A stretch of 64,000 nt of DNA from a bacterium (GTDB lineage: Bacteria > UBA8248), in contig CBDBZU010000004.1 in NCBI GenBank assembly GCA_965213625.1, forward strand, positions 3,552,001-3,616,000, written 5' to 3'. A program made the translations under genes and the position numbers. A model generated the notes under the pieces. That model was not told the DNA's origin and made no database searches. It was given only the letters and a program-made list of their open reading frames with translations. Shown here in pieces: positions 8,914-17,990 of this stretch; within the stretch, counting starts at the first letter, position 1; every line of letters begins with the position of its first letter.

Positions 8914-10433
8914 GGGTCTGTTGAAAAACCCCTTTTTTGAAGCGGGTGTTCTGGCGGTTCACGCGGCGGCGGGGAGGGATCCCAATCAGCGCGCGAGGGC
9001 GCGATGAACGCGCAGACGGCGTCTCCGGGCGGCGTAGGCCCTCCAGAGGGCGAATATACGCGCCGCAAAAGCGGCGGCCAGCCGCTTGAGGTTCACCGCA
9101 GTCGCCGTCAGGTAGGACTGAATCTTCATGTTCGCAAGGCCCCGACGCACCGCCCGCCCCAGTCCGTGCCAACTCTTCGCTTCCCCGTGATAACCCTCCG
9201 AGCGCCCCATGTGCCGGCGCCACAGCCGGCGCTCCTCCTCCCCCCAACGCGCATGCCGCCGGCGCGCGCGCAACAGCGCCAGATACGCGTTGGGAATCAA
9301 AACCTCCTTGCTCGACCGCGCCTGCGGCAGACAATCCGCCCGGAGCGCGCAGCCCGCGCAATCACGCGTCCTCGAACCATAGTAGCGCCCCCGCTCCTCG
9401 CTCCGCCGGGGGCGAAGCTTCTTGCCGCGCGGACACTTCACCAAGTCGTGGCGCGCGTCGTAGCGGAACAGCCGCAACGGAACACGGCTCTGCGTGGGTT
9501 CTTTCTTCGCCGGTATCACCCCCGCCACGCCCAGAGGCTCCAACGCCGCGTAGACCTTCGAGTACGCATACCCCGAATCCGCCGTCACCACCGAGGGCGC
9601 GCGGCCCGACAACTCGCTTACCGCCTCTATATGGGACGCCATCATCTCACGCTCGTTCAACGTCCCCTCCGTCACCGTCACGTCGAGAACCACGCCCCGC
9701 TCATCGTCCACCGCCGCGTGGTGCTTGTAGCTCGGCTCGAACCTCGCCCGCGCGCTCTTGCGCGCGAGCCGCGCGTCGGGGTCTGTCCGGCTCACCGGTC
9801 CCCCGCCGCCGCGGCCTCCGCCCTTCTTCCCGCTCTTCTCCTCCACGGGGTTCTCCCGAATCACCTTCTCCGCATGATGCGCCGCCAGACTATCCCAGCT
9901 CACGTCCGCGCGTATCAACGAGGCGTCCACGTGAACCACCTCCCCCTTCGCCACATTCGCCTCCAGGCACGCCTGCACCGTCCGGCGGAATATCGCCCGG
10001 AACCGAGCCTCCCCCCAACGCTGACGAATCCGCGTCAGGCTCGAATGGTCCGGCAACTCCTCGTGCAGCCCGTATCCGATGAACCACCGGATCGCCAGAT
10101 GCGCCTTCGCTTCACGAAGCAGGCGACGGTCGTGAACGTAGCCCAGCAGAAGACCCGCCAGCATCAGGCGAACCGCCACCTCCGGGTCGATACCCGGACG
10201 ACCGTTGTCCGCGCAATAGCAATCCGCCACCTCCTCCCGAAGCCAACTCAAATCCAGCACCTCATGCACGCGGTACAGAACGTGATCCTCGGGGATCAGC
10301 CGATCCAGCGAACCGGCCACGAACAAATCCATCTGCTCGCGCCTCTTCCTGCCTATCATCGAGGGAACTCCCATCTCGGGCGAGATAGTGTCCTTACACC
10401 CAATCATAATACCGGGGGTTTTTCAACAGGCCC
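8914..10433 (-). mobile_element. IS1182-family insertion sequence, copy 2 (1520 bp, more diverged)
   Basis: IRs gggtctgttgaaaaa / tttttcaacaggccc; flanks ctcaa and ttgag are not a direct repeat. Confidence 0.92.
8986..10359 (-). CDS. IS1182-family DDE transposase
   Basis: Paralog of 5008-6408 with the same motifs. Confidence 0.92.
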   Translation of the reverse strand: MIGRKRREQMDLFVAGSLDRLIPEDHVLYRVHEVLDLSWLREEVADCYCADNGRPGIDPEVAVRLMLAGLLLGYVHDRRLLREAKAHLAIRWFIGYGLHEELPDHSSLTRIRQRWGEARFRAIFRRTVQACLEANVAKGEVVHVDASLIRADVSWDSLAAHHAEKVIRENPVEEKSGKKGGGRGGGGPVSRTDPDARLARKSARARFEPSYKHHAAVDDERGVVLDVTVTEGTLNEREMMASHIEAVSELSGRAPSVVTADSGYAYSKVYAALEPLGVAGVIPAKKEPTQSRVPLRLFRYDARHDLVKCPRGKKLRPRRSEERGRYYGSRTRDCAGCALRADCLPQARSSKEVLIPNAYLALLRARRRHARWGEEERRLWRRHMGRSEGYHGEAKSWHGLGRAVRRGLANMKIQSYLTATAVNLKRLAAAFAARIFALWRAYAARRRRLRVHRALAR

Positions 10434-10675
10434 TTGAGGGTCTGGCTTCCCGAGGGGAAAGCCAGACGATGAGGTGAGGGAGTTTTTCCCCGAAACCGAA
10501 CCGGTGGGGGGAGCTTTTCATAGAACCATCCCCCCACCAACTCGGCCTTCGCACAAACCGCTCGGCCTCTGTGACTCCCCCTCAAGGGGGGAGTGAATTT
10601 CCTATCTCCTTGGTCGGCTCCATACTCTAAATCACATAAACAGGATTTTTTTATAGCCCCCTCAAGGGGGGAGTG
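10434..10675 (-). repeat. Composite palindromic element (inverted relative to 6483-6627) plus a further half-palindrome
   Basis: ccgaaaccgaaccggtggggggagcttttcat block; gactcccccctcaaggggggagtga at ~10573-10596; ccccctcaaggggggagtg at ~10657-10675. Confidence 0.8.
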
Positions 10676-10743
10676 TTTCTATCATTCTCTTTCCCATCCG
10701 AAGCCCGGAACCTACTGTCGAGTTATAGTTAATTCCCCTACGC

Positions 10744-11454
10744 CTACACGCTGATGGAATCGCCCGGCTCCATCGCGGTGATTTCGGGCGAGAGTCCCCG
10801 CGCCGCAACCTCTTCAGCGAACTGCTCGGGCGTGCCCGTGAGCGGCGGGAAGGTCGAGTGGTGGATGGGCACGACGCGCTGTGCGCCCAGAAGCTCGACG
10901 GCGAGGGCCGCTTCGCGCGGGTCCATCGTGAACCGGCTGCCGATGGGCAGGAGGCAGAGATCGGGCTGGTACAGCTCTCCGATAATCTTCATGTCGCCGA
11001 AAACGGCGGTGTCTCCCGCGTGGTAGACGCGCTTTCCGTCCTCGAAGGTCATGACGAGGCCGGCGGGTTCGCCGGCGTAGACGCCCGGGTCGTTATAGCT
11101 CGAACTGTGCATGGCGTGAGTGAGCGTGACGCCGATGCCGCCGAAATCCACCGTGCCGCCCTTGCCCATCGCGCCCGCGTGTTCTTCCGCAAAGCCCTCG
11201 TTCTGGGCGATCAGGTTCACCAGTTCATAGGGGCCCGCCACAGGGCATCCGCCCTGGCCGTACACGTCCATGACGGCGGCGATGTGATCGAAGTGCCCGT
11301 GCGTGAGGGCGATCAGGTCCGCTTTCCTGGGGTTTTGCTGGTCTTCGGGGCAGCGCGGGTTCCCATCGAGCCAGGGGTCGATGTAGAACGTCTGGCCGCC
11401 GTCTGACTGGCCGACGAAAGTGGAATGTCCCAGATATGTAAGAGTTGCGCCCAT
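10744..11454 (-). CDS. Metallo-beta-lactamase fold hydrolase (UPF0173-like)
   Basis: LGHS, IDPW, THGHFDH, HAMHSSS, YHAGDT, LPIG, PIH. Confidence 0.9.
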   Translation of the reverse strand: MGATLTYLGHSTFVGQSDGGQTFYIDPWLDGNPRCPEDQQNPRKADLIALTHGHFDHIAAVMDVYGQGGCPVAGPYELVNLIAQNEGFAEEHAGAMGKGGTVDFGGIGVTLTHAMHSSSYNDPGVYAGEPAGLVMTFEDGKRVYHAGDTAVFGDMKIIGELYQPDLCLLPIGSRFTMDPREAALAVELLGAQRVVPIHHSTFPPLTGTPEQFAEEVAARGLSPEITAMEPGDSISV

Positions 11455-11641
11455 GATAATCCTCCGTATCGTTTTTCGGGTTTTTGTGTCGGCCGCAAAG
11501 GCGCTTCTTTTGCGGCGTGGGTTTATGTTCCAATGTCGTGAGAATCGAATGTCCGTTTCGGCGCATTATAGTCCCGAAAATCTTGCGGCGAAAGAGTTTC
11601 AGGGCAATTCGCCGCATTCGTAGCTTCAGGCGGAACGCGAG

Positions 11642-12109
11642 GTGAGAAAAGCAGTGAAGACGAGACCCATGAGAGTCGAAGACGTCGATCAGGTGCACGC
11701 CATCGAGCGCCTCTCCTTCCCGCTTCCGTGGTCGAAGGAGAGTTTTATCCGCGAGATTTGCGAGATCGACAATTCCCACCTCCTCGTCGTAACGGAGGAT
11801 GAAGGCGGCGCAGGCGCCGACGTCATGGGCTACTGCTGCTGGTGGAAGGTGGTGGATGAGTGCCACGTCACGAATTTCGCCGTCTCGCCCGCCCACAGGC
11901 GCAAGGGGGTGGGCGATTTTCTGCTCAAAAGGATTCTCGAAGACGCCAGGGCCGGGGGCCTCGTTCGCGCGACGCTCGAGGTGCGCCTGGGCAACGCCGC
12001 CGCCATTGCCTTGTACGAAAAATGGGGGTTCACTGCGGCCGCCATGCGTCCGCGCTATTATCCCGACAACCGTGAAGACGCCCTCGTGATGTGGAAAAAG
12101 AAAATATGA
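11642..12109 (+). CDS. rimI: Ribosomal protein S18-alanine N-acetyltransferase
   Basis: IERLSFPLPWS, RRKGVG, TLEVR, AIALYEKWGF, RPRYY, EDALVM. Confidence 0.88.
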   Translation: MRKAVKTRPMRVEDVDQVHAIERLSFPLPWSKESFIREICEIDNSHLLVVTEDEGGAGADVMGYCCWWKVVDECHVTNFAVSPAHRRKGVGDFLLKRILEDARAGGLVRATLEVRLGNAAAIALYEKWGFTAAAMRPRYYPDNREDALVMWKKKI

Positions 12110-12212
12110 ACCGGCGCTTAAAACTTTCGTGACAAACGCATTGTTATTTGCTAGATTATGCTCGCTCTGCCACGAATTGATATTTTATCCGTCCGTAGAA
12201 ACTTAAGATTTC

Positions 12213-12833
12213 ATGATTTCCTTCACGTTTCCCGACATCGTCATCGCCGTCTTCCTCGGCACTTTCCTCATTCGCGGCAGCGTGCGCGGTTTTTTCAAAG
12301 AAACGTTCTCCGTGGTCGCGCTCGGAATCGCAATTCTCCTCACCATGCAGTTCAGCGAACTCGCGCGCTCTTACCTCTCCCACTTCCTGGACGGGGGCGA
12401 ACGGCTCGATTCGCTCGTCAAGCCGCTGATCTTCCTGGGCGCATGGATCGTCGCCGCCTGGTTCTTCCGATTGATGTTCGGCTTTTTGTCGATCGCCACG
12501 CCCGGATTGCTCTCCAGACTCAGCGGGGGCCTCATCGGGTGCGCCAAGGGCGTCTTCTTCGTCGCATTGGGGTTGATGGCTCTCAAACTCCATTCGCCCA
12601 GCTATTTGCCTGTCGGCGGCGGACACAAGCTTTTGCCCTACGTGCGCGGGGTGAGCGCCTACATCCAGGGATTCGACAAGGCGGATATCGAAGAAGGCCT
12701 GAACGCCGCCAGGGAGAAACTCGGCGATAAGTTCGACTCGGCCAAAGAGGGCGTCGGCGCGATGAAGGAAAAACTCGAGGACGCCATGCCCGGCGCGAAG
12801 GAAGAGGGTGAGGTGCAGGAACTGAAGAGGTAG
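12213..12833 (+). CDS. CvpA family membrane protein
   Basis: DIVI...RGFFKE, multiple TM segments, SRLSGGLIGCAKG. Confidence 0.8.
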   Translation: MISFTFPDIVIAVFLGTFLIRGSVRGFFKETFSVVALGIAILLTMQFSELARSYLSHFLDGGERLDSLVKPLIFLGAWIVAAWFFRLMFGFLSIATPGLLSRLSGGLIGCAKGVFFVALGLMALKLHSPSYLPVGGGHKLLPYVRGVSAYIQGFDKADIEEGLNAAREKLGDKFDSAKEGVGAMKEKLEDAMPGAKEEGEVQELKR

Positions 12834-12938
12834 GGGTTACCGTCAACACATAAATATTACCGCCATACTCATCGTAAAGACCAACCTGAAACAATATTCA
12901 ATTTTAGCGGATTAACTCATCATTTGTTGATGGGTTAT

Positions 12939-13886
12939 TCATGCGGTTACCTTAAAGCGTTCGAAACGCACTGCAAGGCGGTCTCGATCCGGTCGGTCCT
13001 TCACGCGCCGAGGGAGGTGGATGGCTCCGCCATTTAACCGCTTCAGGGCTTCGAGCATGGGACCGTCGTGCTTGCTGAGTAGTTGGTCTGAGACATGCAC
13101 ACGATAGTCCGGGTCGATCCCAATCAGGTGTCTATCAAAGGCCGCATGATGGGTTTTTGACAACGGGAGGCCATTGGGGATTACCGGTTGACCGAGTCGC
13201 TTATCCTTATCTGAGATAATATGCGCTGCGTCCAATAGGCGTGGTTCAGGTATTCCCGAAAGCGCGCAACGGCCATTGTAGGCGCTGATGATGGCTTCTC
13301 GGAAAGATGTTTGATGTAACCTTTGTTTAACAGAATGCAAAGCATAACGTCGCTCATTGCTGCTCTTGGGTGGTGCAAGTTCCTCTTCAAACACTTGTTG
13401 ATGAGGCATACCAAACGTAATTTGCGCTTTTAATGCCTTAGCGTCCCATCCAGTAATGAAAACTGGCAGGATAGCCTCATATCTCCTGGGAGCGATGCCG
13501 AGAAAATAAATCACAGGTTTTTGATTCTCGAACGCTTCGCGCAGCCAGCGATTGTCAGCAGCTTCTGGGTTTTCCCCCATGAATGCGTAATCAACCGTTT
13601 CGTCACCCTCATATATCTGGCGGTGAACTTCACGCTGATCGTCGTACCAGATTCTCCTGCCCGGCGTTGGATATACCGTCCTGATTGAAAGCAAGAATTG
13701 CATTTGTCGGGGTTTGAATATTCCGCGTTGCGGATTGACGAGCGGGATGCGTTTTTCATCAAAGGTAAAACCAGGTTTTAACTCGGCTGCACTTAGATGG
13801 TCATGAACTTCCTGCAGTTCCCGGACACGATCAAAAGCCGCTATTCGCATCTGCGCGTCTTTGTCGTAACCGCCTATTGAGGCCAC
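12939..13886 (-). CDS. HNH endonuclease, putative restriction nuclease with SRA-like N-terminal domain
   Basis: RLHQTSFRE, RCALSG, LDAAHI, NGLPLSKTHHAAFD; lower GC than flanks. Confidence 0.85.
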   Translation of the reverse strand: MASIGGYDKDAQMRIAAFDRVRELQEVHDHLSAAELKPGFTFDEKRIPLVNPQRGIFKPRQMQFLLSIRTVYPTPGRRIWYDDQREVHRQIYEGDETVDYAFMGENPEAADNRWLREAFENQKPVIYFLGIAPRRYEAILPVFITGWDAKALKAQITFGMPHQQVFEEELAPPKSSNERRYALHSVKQRLHQTSFREAIISAYNGRCALSGIPEPRLLDAAHIISDKDKRLGQPVIPNGLPLSKTHHAAFDRHLIGIDPDYRVHVSDQLLSKHDGPMLEALKRLNGGAIHLPRRVKDRPDRDRLAVRFERFKVTA

Positions 13887-13889
13887 TGT

Positions 13890-14816
13890 TTATCCTTTGA
13901 AACAATGTTCGTTGTGCCAGGTTAAAGCAGCATGGTCAGGGCGTTTATCGAGCAAGTCGGGCGCGTTAATTCGCTTTCCATGAAGGGCATAGTAGTGTCT
14001 GCCATTTTCATACTCTTCACGAATACGTCGGCTGACTTCGAAGTTTAGATCGGGTGTTACGGTGACATAGCCGGAATCGAATAGGCTGTGAATATCGCGT
14101 CGCAAAAGGAGCCCATTTTGTGCATCATGCGTACCACCGCAACCATAGGGACGGATATGAGCTGCTTCCAGAGCAGGCAAAGTCCGTTCTTGTGTAACTG
14201 CACACCGCCTTCCGTATATGTCAGTCACAAGTACGCGAAAAGCGCCTTGTCCAAGTCGAGGCCGAATGCGTTGTGGTTTCCCATATCGCTTGAGTTCTTC
14301 TGCCAATTCATTTCCAGGTTGTCTGCTCAGACGGTCATTTACAGCCTCCCAAAGCTGAAGACCCTCGGGGTCATCTGTGTTGTAGGTTTTGAGGGAGACG
14401 ATATTCGGACTCCAGCTTGCCGGCTGAGGAATCCAATCCGCTTCGTCGAAAAAGAAAGGCTGGGTCAGGATTCGACAACCGATTTCAAAATCGCTCTGAT
14501 CGTTTGGCTCTTGCCTTCGATATCTGGCGATTCGGATGCGCATTTCCCGGGCAGATCGCGCACCATTGGTTTCACCGAAGGCCTCCCAGGCTAGAGAACA
14601 TGGTAGTGAATTTGCATAGGCGAAGACGCCACCGCCTACGATCACATTGTGAGGTGCATGCAATTTGAACAAGAATAGTTCGCCCGGCTGAAGCGCCCGA
14701 AAATTTGTTGGTGAGGGTGCCCAGAAATTGATCTCATCCAGACTAATATGCCGTCGAAGTGTTTCAAACCAGTCTTTATCAGTGAGGGCGATCACGAATT
14801 TGATGCCCATCTTCAC
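13890..14816 (-). CDS. HNH endonuclease, putative restriction nuclease with EVE/PUA-like N-terminal domain
   Basis: RLGQGAFR, RCAVT, LEAAHIRPY, NGLLLRRDIHSLFD; N-terminal EINFW...LQPGELFLF...IVGGG. Confidence 0.85.
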   Translation of the reverse strand: MKMGIKFVIALTDKDWFETLRRHISLDEINFWAPSPTNFRALQPGELFLFKLHAPHNVIVGGGVFAYANSLPCSLAWEAFGETNGARSAREMRIRIARYRRQEPNDQSDFEIGCRILTQPFFFDEADWIPQPASWSPNIVSLKTYNTDDPEGLQLWEAVNDRLSRQPGNELAEELKRYGKPQRIRPRLGQGAFRVLVTDIYGRRCAVTQERTLPALEAAHIRPYGCGGTHDAQNGLLLRRDIHSLFDSGYVTVTPDLNFEVSRRIREEYENGRHYYALHGKRINAPDLLDKRPDHAALTWHNEHCFKG

Positions 14817-15093
14817 TCCTAATATGTCCCATCTACAATAGGCCGCACTGGCACATTTCGCCTCGAATCGTCCAAGGCGCGAAGTTACTCACGCGATACC
14901 TGGCGCATACCGAGCATCTACCGCACGGGCTTGGGCAACACTGTTTGCCCCTATAACGTATTCATGGATTCGGGTCTTTAAGAATCCTCGCGTTTCTTTT
15001 TAGTGTTTAATAATTCTCTGCATATTGCAAGGAAGCACTGATATTAGATTTGCTGGGGTTTTGCGTAGGCTCGGGCATCACTCTCGCCCCGCG

Positions 15094-15501
15094 CTAAGAA
15101 CCCGAAGCCCCCACCAACACCACCCCTTCTATCTGCGCCGCTTGTCTGTCGAAGGTATAGAGGGGATGTGCGCCGCGCCGGTTGGCGGCCGCTGCGATCA
15201 TCAGGTCGGAAAAACCGGGGCCGCCGCGCCGATAATGGAAAGCGGCGCGGTCCACGTCGTCCGCTGTCTCGATTTCGAGTTCCTCGCTGGCCGTCAATTC
15301 TTCCAGCACCGCCGCGATTCGTTCGCGGGAAAACCGATAGGAACGCTCCAGCACCCATACGAGTTCGACCAACACCTCGCGGCAGACGAAACCGGGCCGT
15401 TCGGCGGACAACTCTGCGAGCAATGCGCGAGCCGCTTCTGTCTGGGCCGCATCGTCGGCCACCAGGTACCGGACGAGGACGTTCGTGTCGAGCGCGATCA
15501 C
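15094..15501 (-). CDS. vapC: PIN-domain (VapC) toxin
   Basis: IALDTNVLVR, ELVWVL, FSDLMI, TFD; GTG start overlaps the antitoxin stop. Confidence 0.9.
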   Translation of the reverse strand: MIALDTNVLVRYLVADDAAQTEAARALLAELSAERPGFVCREVLVELVWVLERSYRFSRERIAAVLEELTASEELEIETADDVDRAAFHYRRGGPGFSDLMIAAAANRRGAHPLYTFDRQAAQIEGVVLVGASGS

Positions 15502-15731
15502 TCCTCGCACGCTCCGTCGGCTATCGCGCGCTCCATCTCTTCGAGCGACACCGGCGGGCCGTCGTGTTTGAGCGCGCCGAACAGCCGGGCGAGGGGCCGC
15601 ACCGGAGTGATGCGCACCTCATCGCCCAAGACGACGTAGCGCACCCGGTCGCCGGGTCGCACGCCAAGCGCCTCGCGCACCGACTTAGGCAGCGTCGTCT
15701 GGCCCTTCGAGGTAATTGTGGATTCGACCAT
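15498..15731 (-). CDS. vapB: AbrB/MazE-type antitoxin
   Basis: STITSKGQTTLPKSVREALGVRPGDRV. Confidence 0.9.
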   Translation of the reverse strand: MVESTITSKGQTTLPKSVREALGVRPGDRVRYVVLGDEVRITPVRPLARLFGALKHDGPPVSLEEMERAIADGACEE

Positions 15732-15747
15732 CTCAGGTTATCTCCTT

Positions 15748-15816
15748 ATGCCTTACAAAATAGAATTATGCCTTACTTATTATATAAAAGCAATTCATAA
15801 GTTGTTCATGCCTTAC
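15748..15816. promoter_or_regulatory. Three phased direct repeats ATGCCTTAC upstream of vapB (probable operator)
   Basis: Exact 9-mers at 15748, 15768 and 15808 (spacing 20 and 40 bp) in an AT-rich promoter region. Confidence 0.6.
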
Positions 15817-16040
15817 CTCAACACACCTTCACCCGCGCGTGTCCCCGCTCGCCGTATGCGAGCAGATGGGCTTCTCGCGTCACCGACATTCAGCCGAAAT
15901 CCATGGCGTTTATACTGAATTTAGCCGGTTTATAAATTCCATATAATTTTCCGAAGATACGCATAATCCCTTTTCGCTTGACCGGGAGGGAGAAAATTCT
16001 ATAATATCTATGTTTAATATAATCAACATATAAATATTTT

Positions 16041-16394
16041 ATGGTGGATATACTAAACATGAATAAGAACATTACGAAGTCGCCACCGGCCGCGGTCGAG
16101 GACGCCATCAGGCGTCTGGGCCGCAACATCCGCACGGCGCGCCTGCGCCGGAGGCTGCGCATCGAGGACGTGGCGAATCGCATCGGCGCTTCGCGCTTCA
16201 CGGTTGCGGACGTCGAGAAGGGGAAACCCGGCGCGTCGATGGCCGCCTACGCGGGCGCGCTGTGGGCGCTCGGCCTGCTGGAGGGTATGAACGAGTTGGC
16301 CGATCCCGACCGCGACGAGGAAGGCAAGACGCTGGAGAGCGCCAGAAGTCCCCGGCAGGCGCCGCGCCGCAGGAGGCTGGACAATGACTTCTGA
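16041..16394 (+). CDS. HipB-like XRE/HTH antitoxin
   Basis: LGRNIRTARLRRRL...VANRIGASRFTVADVEKG; overlaps the hipA start. Confidence 0.85.
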   Translation: MVDILNMNKNITKSPPAAVEDAIRRLGRNIRTARLRRRLRIEDVANRIGASRFTVADVEKGKPGASMAAYAGALWALGLLEGMNELADPDRDEEGKTLESARSPRQAPRRRRLDNDF

Positions 16395-17661
16395 GGGCGA
16401 GTGCTACGTCTACGTCGTCCTCCCCGGAGAAACCGGGTTCGTGACGGCGGGACGATTCCGCGTGGAGGAGACGCGCGACGGCGCGGCCATCGGGCGATTC
16501 GTATACGGTCGCAGCTACCTCCGGCGCGATAACGCCGTGGAACTTGACCCGGTCGAGTTGCGCCTCGCCGAGCGCGAGTACGAAACGGCGCGCATGAGCG
16601 GGTTTTTCGAGGCCATCCGGGATGCCATGCCGGATTATTGGGGACGCCTCGTCATCGAAAGAAACTGCGGCCAAGCCGGGCTCGGGGAATTCGACTATCT
16701 GATGCAAAGCCCCGACGACCGTGCGGGCGCGCTCGGCTTCGGGTTCCAAGTCGAGCCGTCGCCGATGAGTCGCCGGTTCAACCGCACAGTCGAACTTGGC
16801 CGCCTCCAGGCCGCAGCGGACGCCATCGTCGCCGACGACCCCGAGCGCGCAGGTTCGGCCTTCGCCCAGACCGAAGAGTTGCTGCTGGTGGGAACGTCGA
16901 TGGGGGGCGCGCGTCCCAAGGTCGTGGTGGAAGATGAAGACGCGCTGTGGGTGGCCAAGTTCGGGCGGCTGGACGACCGCTGGAACCACCCGCGCGTCGA
17001 ACATGCGTTGCTGCTGTTGGCGAAAGCGTGCGGGGTCGACGCCGCCGAGAGCCGGGTGGAAAGCGTCGGCGGGCGCGACGTGCTGCTCGTGCGCCGTTTC
17101 GACCGGGAACGGAGCGAGGAAGGCTATTTGCGTCACCGGATGGTGAGCGCCCTCACCCTGCTGCAATCGGAAGACAACCCCGCCGCGAGGGACCGATGGT
17201 CTTATCTCCTCCTGGCCGATGAGGTGCGGCGGGCGAGCGCGCGCCCTCAAGAGGACCTGCGTGAGTTGTTCGCGCGTATGTGCTTTAACGCGGTGGTTTC
17301 GAACCTCGACGATCACCCGCGCAACCATGCGATGCTCGCGGAAGGAACGCGGTGGCGGCTCAGCCCCGCTTATGACCTGACGCCGTCACCCGTCGTGGCG
17401 ATGGAGCGGCGCGATTTGGCGATGGCGTGCGGTCCGGCGGGCAGGCTGGCGAACAAGGCGAACATCATCGGCGCGGCGGGTCGTTTTCTGCTTGTCGATG
17501 GGGAGGCGGAGTCCATCTTCTCGCGCATTGTCGATACCATCCGCGCTAAATGGCATGAGACGATGCGCGGCGTCGGCGTGATTGAGAGCGACTGCGAGGC
17601 GATCCGCAGCGCCTTTCTTTACGACGGCCTGTTGTTCGAGACGGGACTTGATGAACTATGA
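16384..17661 (+). CDS. hipA: HipA-family Ser/Thr kinase toxin
   Basis: DAMPDYWG, DRAGAL, SMGGARPK, RRFDR, NLDDHPRNH, LSPAYD. Confidence 0.92.
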   Translation: MTSEGECYVYVVLPGETGFVTAGRFRVEETRDGAAIGRFVYGRSYLRRDNAVELDPVELRLAEREYETARMSGFFEAIRDAMPDYWGRLVIERNCGQAGLGEFDYLMQSPDDRAGALGFGFQVEPSPMSRRFNRTVELGRLQAAADAIVADDPERAGSAFAQTEELLLVGTSMGGARPKVVVEDEDALWVAKFGRLDDRWNHPRVEHALLLLAKACGVDAAESRVESVGGRDVLLVRRFDRERSEEGYLRHRMVSALTLLQSEDNPAARDRWSYLLLADEVRRASARPQEDLRELFARMCFNAVVSNLDDHPRNHAMLAEGTRWRLSPAYDLTPSPVVAMERRDLAMACGPAGRLANKANIIGAAGRFLLVDGEAESIFSRIVDTIRAKWHETMRGVGVIESDCEAIRSAFLYDGLLFETGLDEL

Positions 17662-17719
17662 GGGAATGACCGGCAAGACGTTGCCGCCGTTTTCGGTGAT
17701 GTGTCCAAGTCTCGTCGAA

Positions 17720-17743
17720 GACGTTCGTGTCGAGCGCGATCAC
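17720..17743 (-). pseudogene. Truncated second vapC (first 8 codons only)
   Basis: gtgatcgcgctcgacacgaacgtc is identical to the start of vapC at 15501, then homology stops. Confidence 0.75.
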
Positions 17744-17973
17744 CCCTCACACGCTCCTTCGTCAACCGCATCGTCCATCTCTTCGAGCGACATCGTCGGG
17801 CCGTCGTGTTTGAGCGCGCCGAACAGCCGGGTGAGGGGCCGCACCGGAGTGATGCGCACCTCATCACCCGAGACGACGTAGCGCACGCGATCACCCGGCC
17901 CCACGCCCAACGCCTCGCGTACGGACTTAGGCAGCGTCGTCCGGCCTTTGGATGTAATCTTGGATTCGATCAT
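17740..17973 (-). CDS. Second AbrB/MazE-type antitoxin (paralog of 15498-15731)
   Basis: MIESKITSKGRTTLPKSVREALGVGPGDRVRYVV, near-identical to the first copy. Confidence 0.85.
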   Translation of the reverse strand: MIESKITSKGRTTLPKSVREALGVGPGDRVRYVVSGDEVRITPVRPLTRLFGALKHDGPTMSLEEMDDAVDEGACEG

Positions 17974-17990
17974 TCTGGTTCGCTCGGGCC

